Assembly (NCBI GenBank): GCA_946413815.1
Contig: CAMKMD010000014.1
Span: 1,048-65,047, forward strand
Reading direction: 5' to 3'
Source of the DNA: an uncultured Ruminococcus sp.
Lineage (GTDB): Bacteria; Bacillota; Clostridia; Oscillospirales; Ruminococcaceae
DNA: 64,000 nucleotides
Position 1 is the stretch's first letter. Each line of letters opens with the position of its first letter. A program made the position numbers and the translations under genes. Of this stretch, positions 63,298 to 64,000 are shown one piece after another. Below the pieces are notes generated by a model. That model was not told the origin of the DNA, did not search any database, and saw only the letters and a list, made by a program, of their open reading frames with translations.

Positions 63298-64000
63298 ATG
63301 AAAAAATACGTTGGAGTGCTTGCCGGAATGGCAGCAGCTCTGAGTCTCGTGTCCATGACTCCTGCATCAGCAGCAGACGATGCTAAGAAGGATTCATGGT
63401 TCGTAGACACAAGCGGACGCTTTTACTATTTTGATGAAAACAGCAAGGCAGTCACAGGGGAGCAGACTATTGACGGAGAGGTATACCTCTTCTCTGAGAA
63501 CGGTGTCCTCAAGACCGGCTGGAGAACGGTAGGCGGAAAGCGCCGCTACTATGATCCCGAAACAGGAAAGCCGGTTTACGGCTGGCTGGAGTACTGCGGA
63601 AAGCAGTATTTCATAAGCAAGGATGACGGAAAGGCTGCCGACGAGGCAGTAGCTTCCGGGGATGGTATGGATGTATTCGATGAGCAGGGCGTTAAGGTGA
63701 CCGAAGAGGGATTCACTACCGCCGGCGGCAAGAATTACTACATCAATTCCGAGGGCAAGGTAGCAGTCGGAGAAACTTCCATAGACGGAAACAAGTATTT
63801 CTTCGGCGAGAACGGTGAGCAGCTCACAGGCTGGCAGACCGATTCGGCAGGTATCAGGCATTACTATGACCCCGCAACAGGACAGAGCCTTATAGGTATA
63901 ATCAATGCTGACGGAGGCATCTACTACCTTACAGACAAGGGACTGTTCTCAGGCTGGGCAGAGATAGCGGGAAAGAAGTATTACTTCGATCCCACAACAG
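63298..64000 (+). CDS. Secreted cell-wall-binding-repeat (CW_binding_1 / glucan-binding type) protein, 5' part; continues past the window
   Basis: Not in the ORF track because there is no stop in the window. RBS aaaggagagg. Signal peptide MKKYVGVLAGMAAALSLVSMTPASA. Repeats of the GW..xGGKxxYYDPxTGxxxxGW type (TGWRTVGGKRRYYDPETGKPVYGWL, TGWQTDSAGIRHYYDPATGQSLIG, SGWAEIAGKKYYFDP). Confidence 0.75.
   Translation, partial: MKKYVGVLAGMAAALSLVSMTPASAADDAKKDSWFVDTSGRFYYFDENSKAVTGEQTIDGEVYLFSENGVLKTGWRTVGGKRRYYDPETGKPVYGWLEYCGKQYFISKDDGKAADEAVASGDGMDVFDEQGVKVTEEGFTTAGGKNYYINSEGKVAVGETSIDGNKYFFGENGEQLTGWQTDSAGIRHYYDPATGQSLIGIINADGGIYYLTDKGLFSGWAEIAGKKYYFDPTT

Noticed and set aside
1-64000. CRISPR arrays, IS elements, integrases, prophage or plasmid modules, rRNA
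   Set aside because: None were found. The only repeats are short coding linker repeats and one 22-bp intergenic tandem. No transposase- or recombinase-like ORF exists in any frame.

Overview
This 64-kb chromosomal window has GC-rich coding sequence, AT-rich intergenic spacers and about 80% plus-strand genes. Four secreted proteins end in dockerin modules (a GH74 enzyme, two SGNH esterases and a C39-like peptidase), and the window closes on a cell-wall-binding-repeat protein. Together with scattered sporulation-type genes, this suggests a cellulosome-producing Ruminococcus-like Clostridium (Oscillospiraceae). That assignment is an inference.

Gene content in order:
- tsf 3' end
- MoxR AAA+ / DUF58 / membrane-transglutaminase operon, followed by the dockerin-bearing C39-like peptidase
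- prmA and an orphan protein
- GH74-dockerin enzyme
- cysteine desulfurase and thiI
- two class-B-like sortases and a SpoIID-domain protein
- a dcw cluster: mraZ-rsmH-ftsL-PBP-murE-mraY-ftsW-murG-[alpha/beta hydrolase]-murA-ftsQ-ftsZ, then a DivIVA-like coiled-coil gene
- small Cys-motif proteins
- a TrmK-NIF3 fusion, an RlmA-like methyltransferase, rqcH, an Mpg-type glycosylase and an AraC regulator
- rpmB
- an M50-like protein lacking HExxH, then scpAB
- ytfI-like/gerW, dacB, rluB and metA
- three small membrane proteins, a DUF2752 protein, a polysaccharide deacetylase and spoIIP
- tRNA-Arg(CCG)
- two SGNH-dockerin esterases, then metG

I found no rRNA, CRISPR array, transposase, integrase or phage genes. 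I do not see a clear new multi-gene system. The best leads are:
- the catalytically degenerate site-2-protease homologue upstream of scpAB
- the alpha/beta hydrolase translationally coupled to murG inside the dcw cluster
- the TrmK-NIF3 fusion
- the Mpg/Cys-rich AraC pair
- a C39-like peptidase whose catalytic domain is split by a Thr/Pro-rich insert
- the MoxR triad adjacent to a dockerin peptidase
- the tandem sortases
- a long hairpin in the 700-bp mraZ upstream region

All family calls come from motif recognition by eye. No database search was run.
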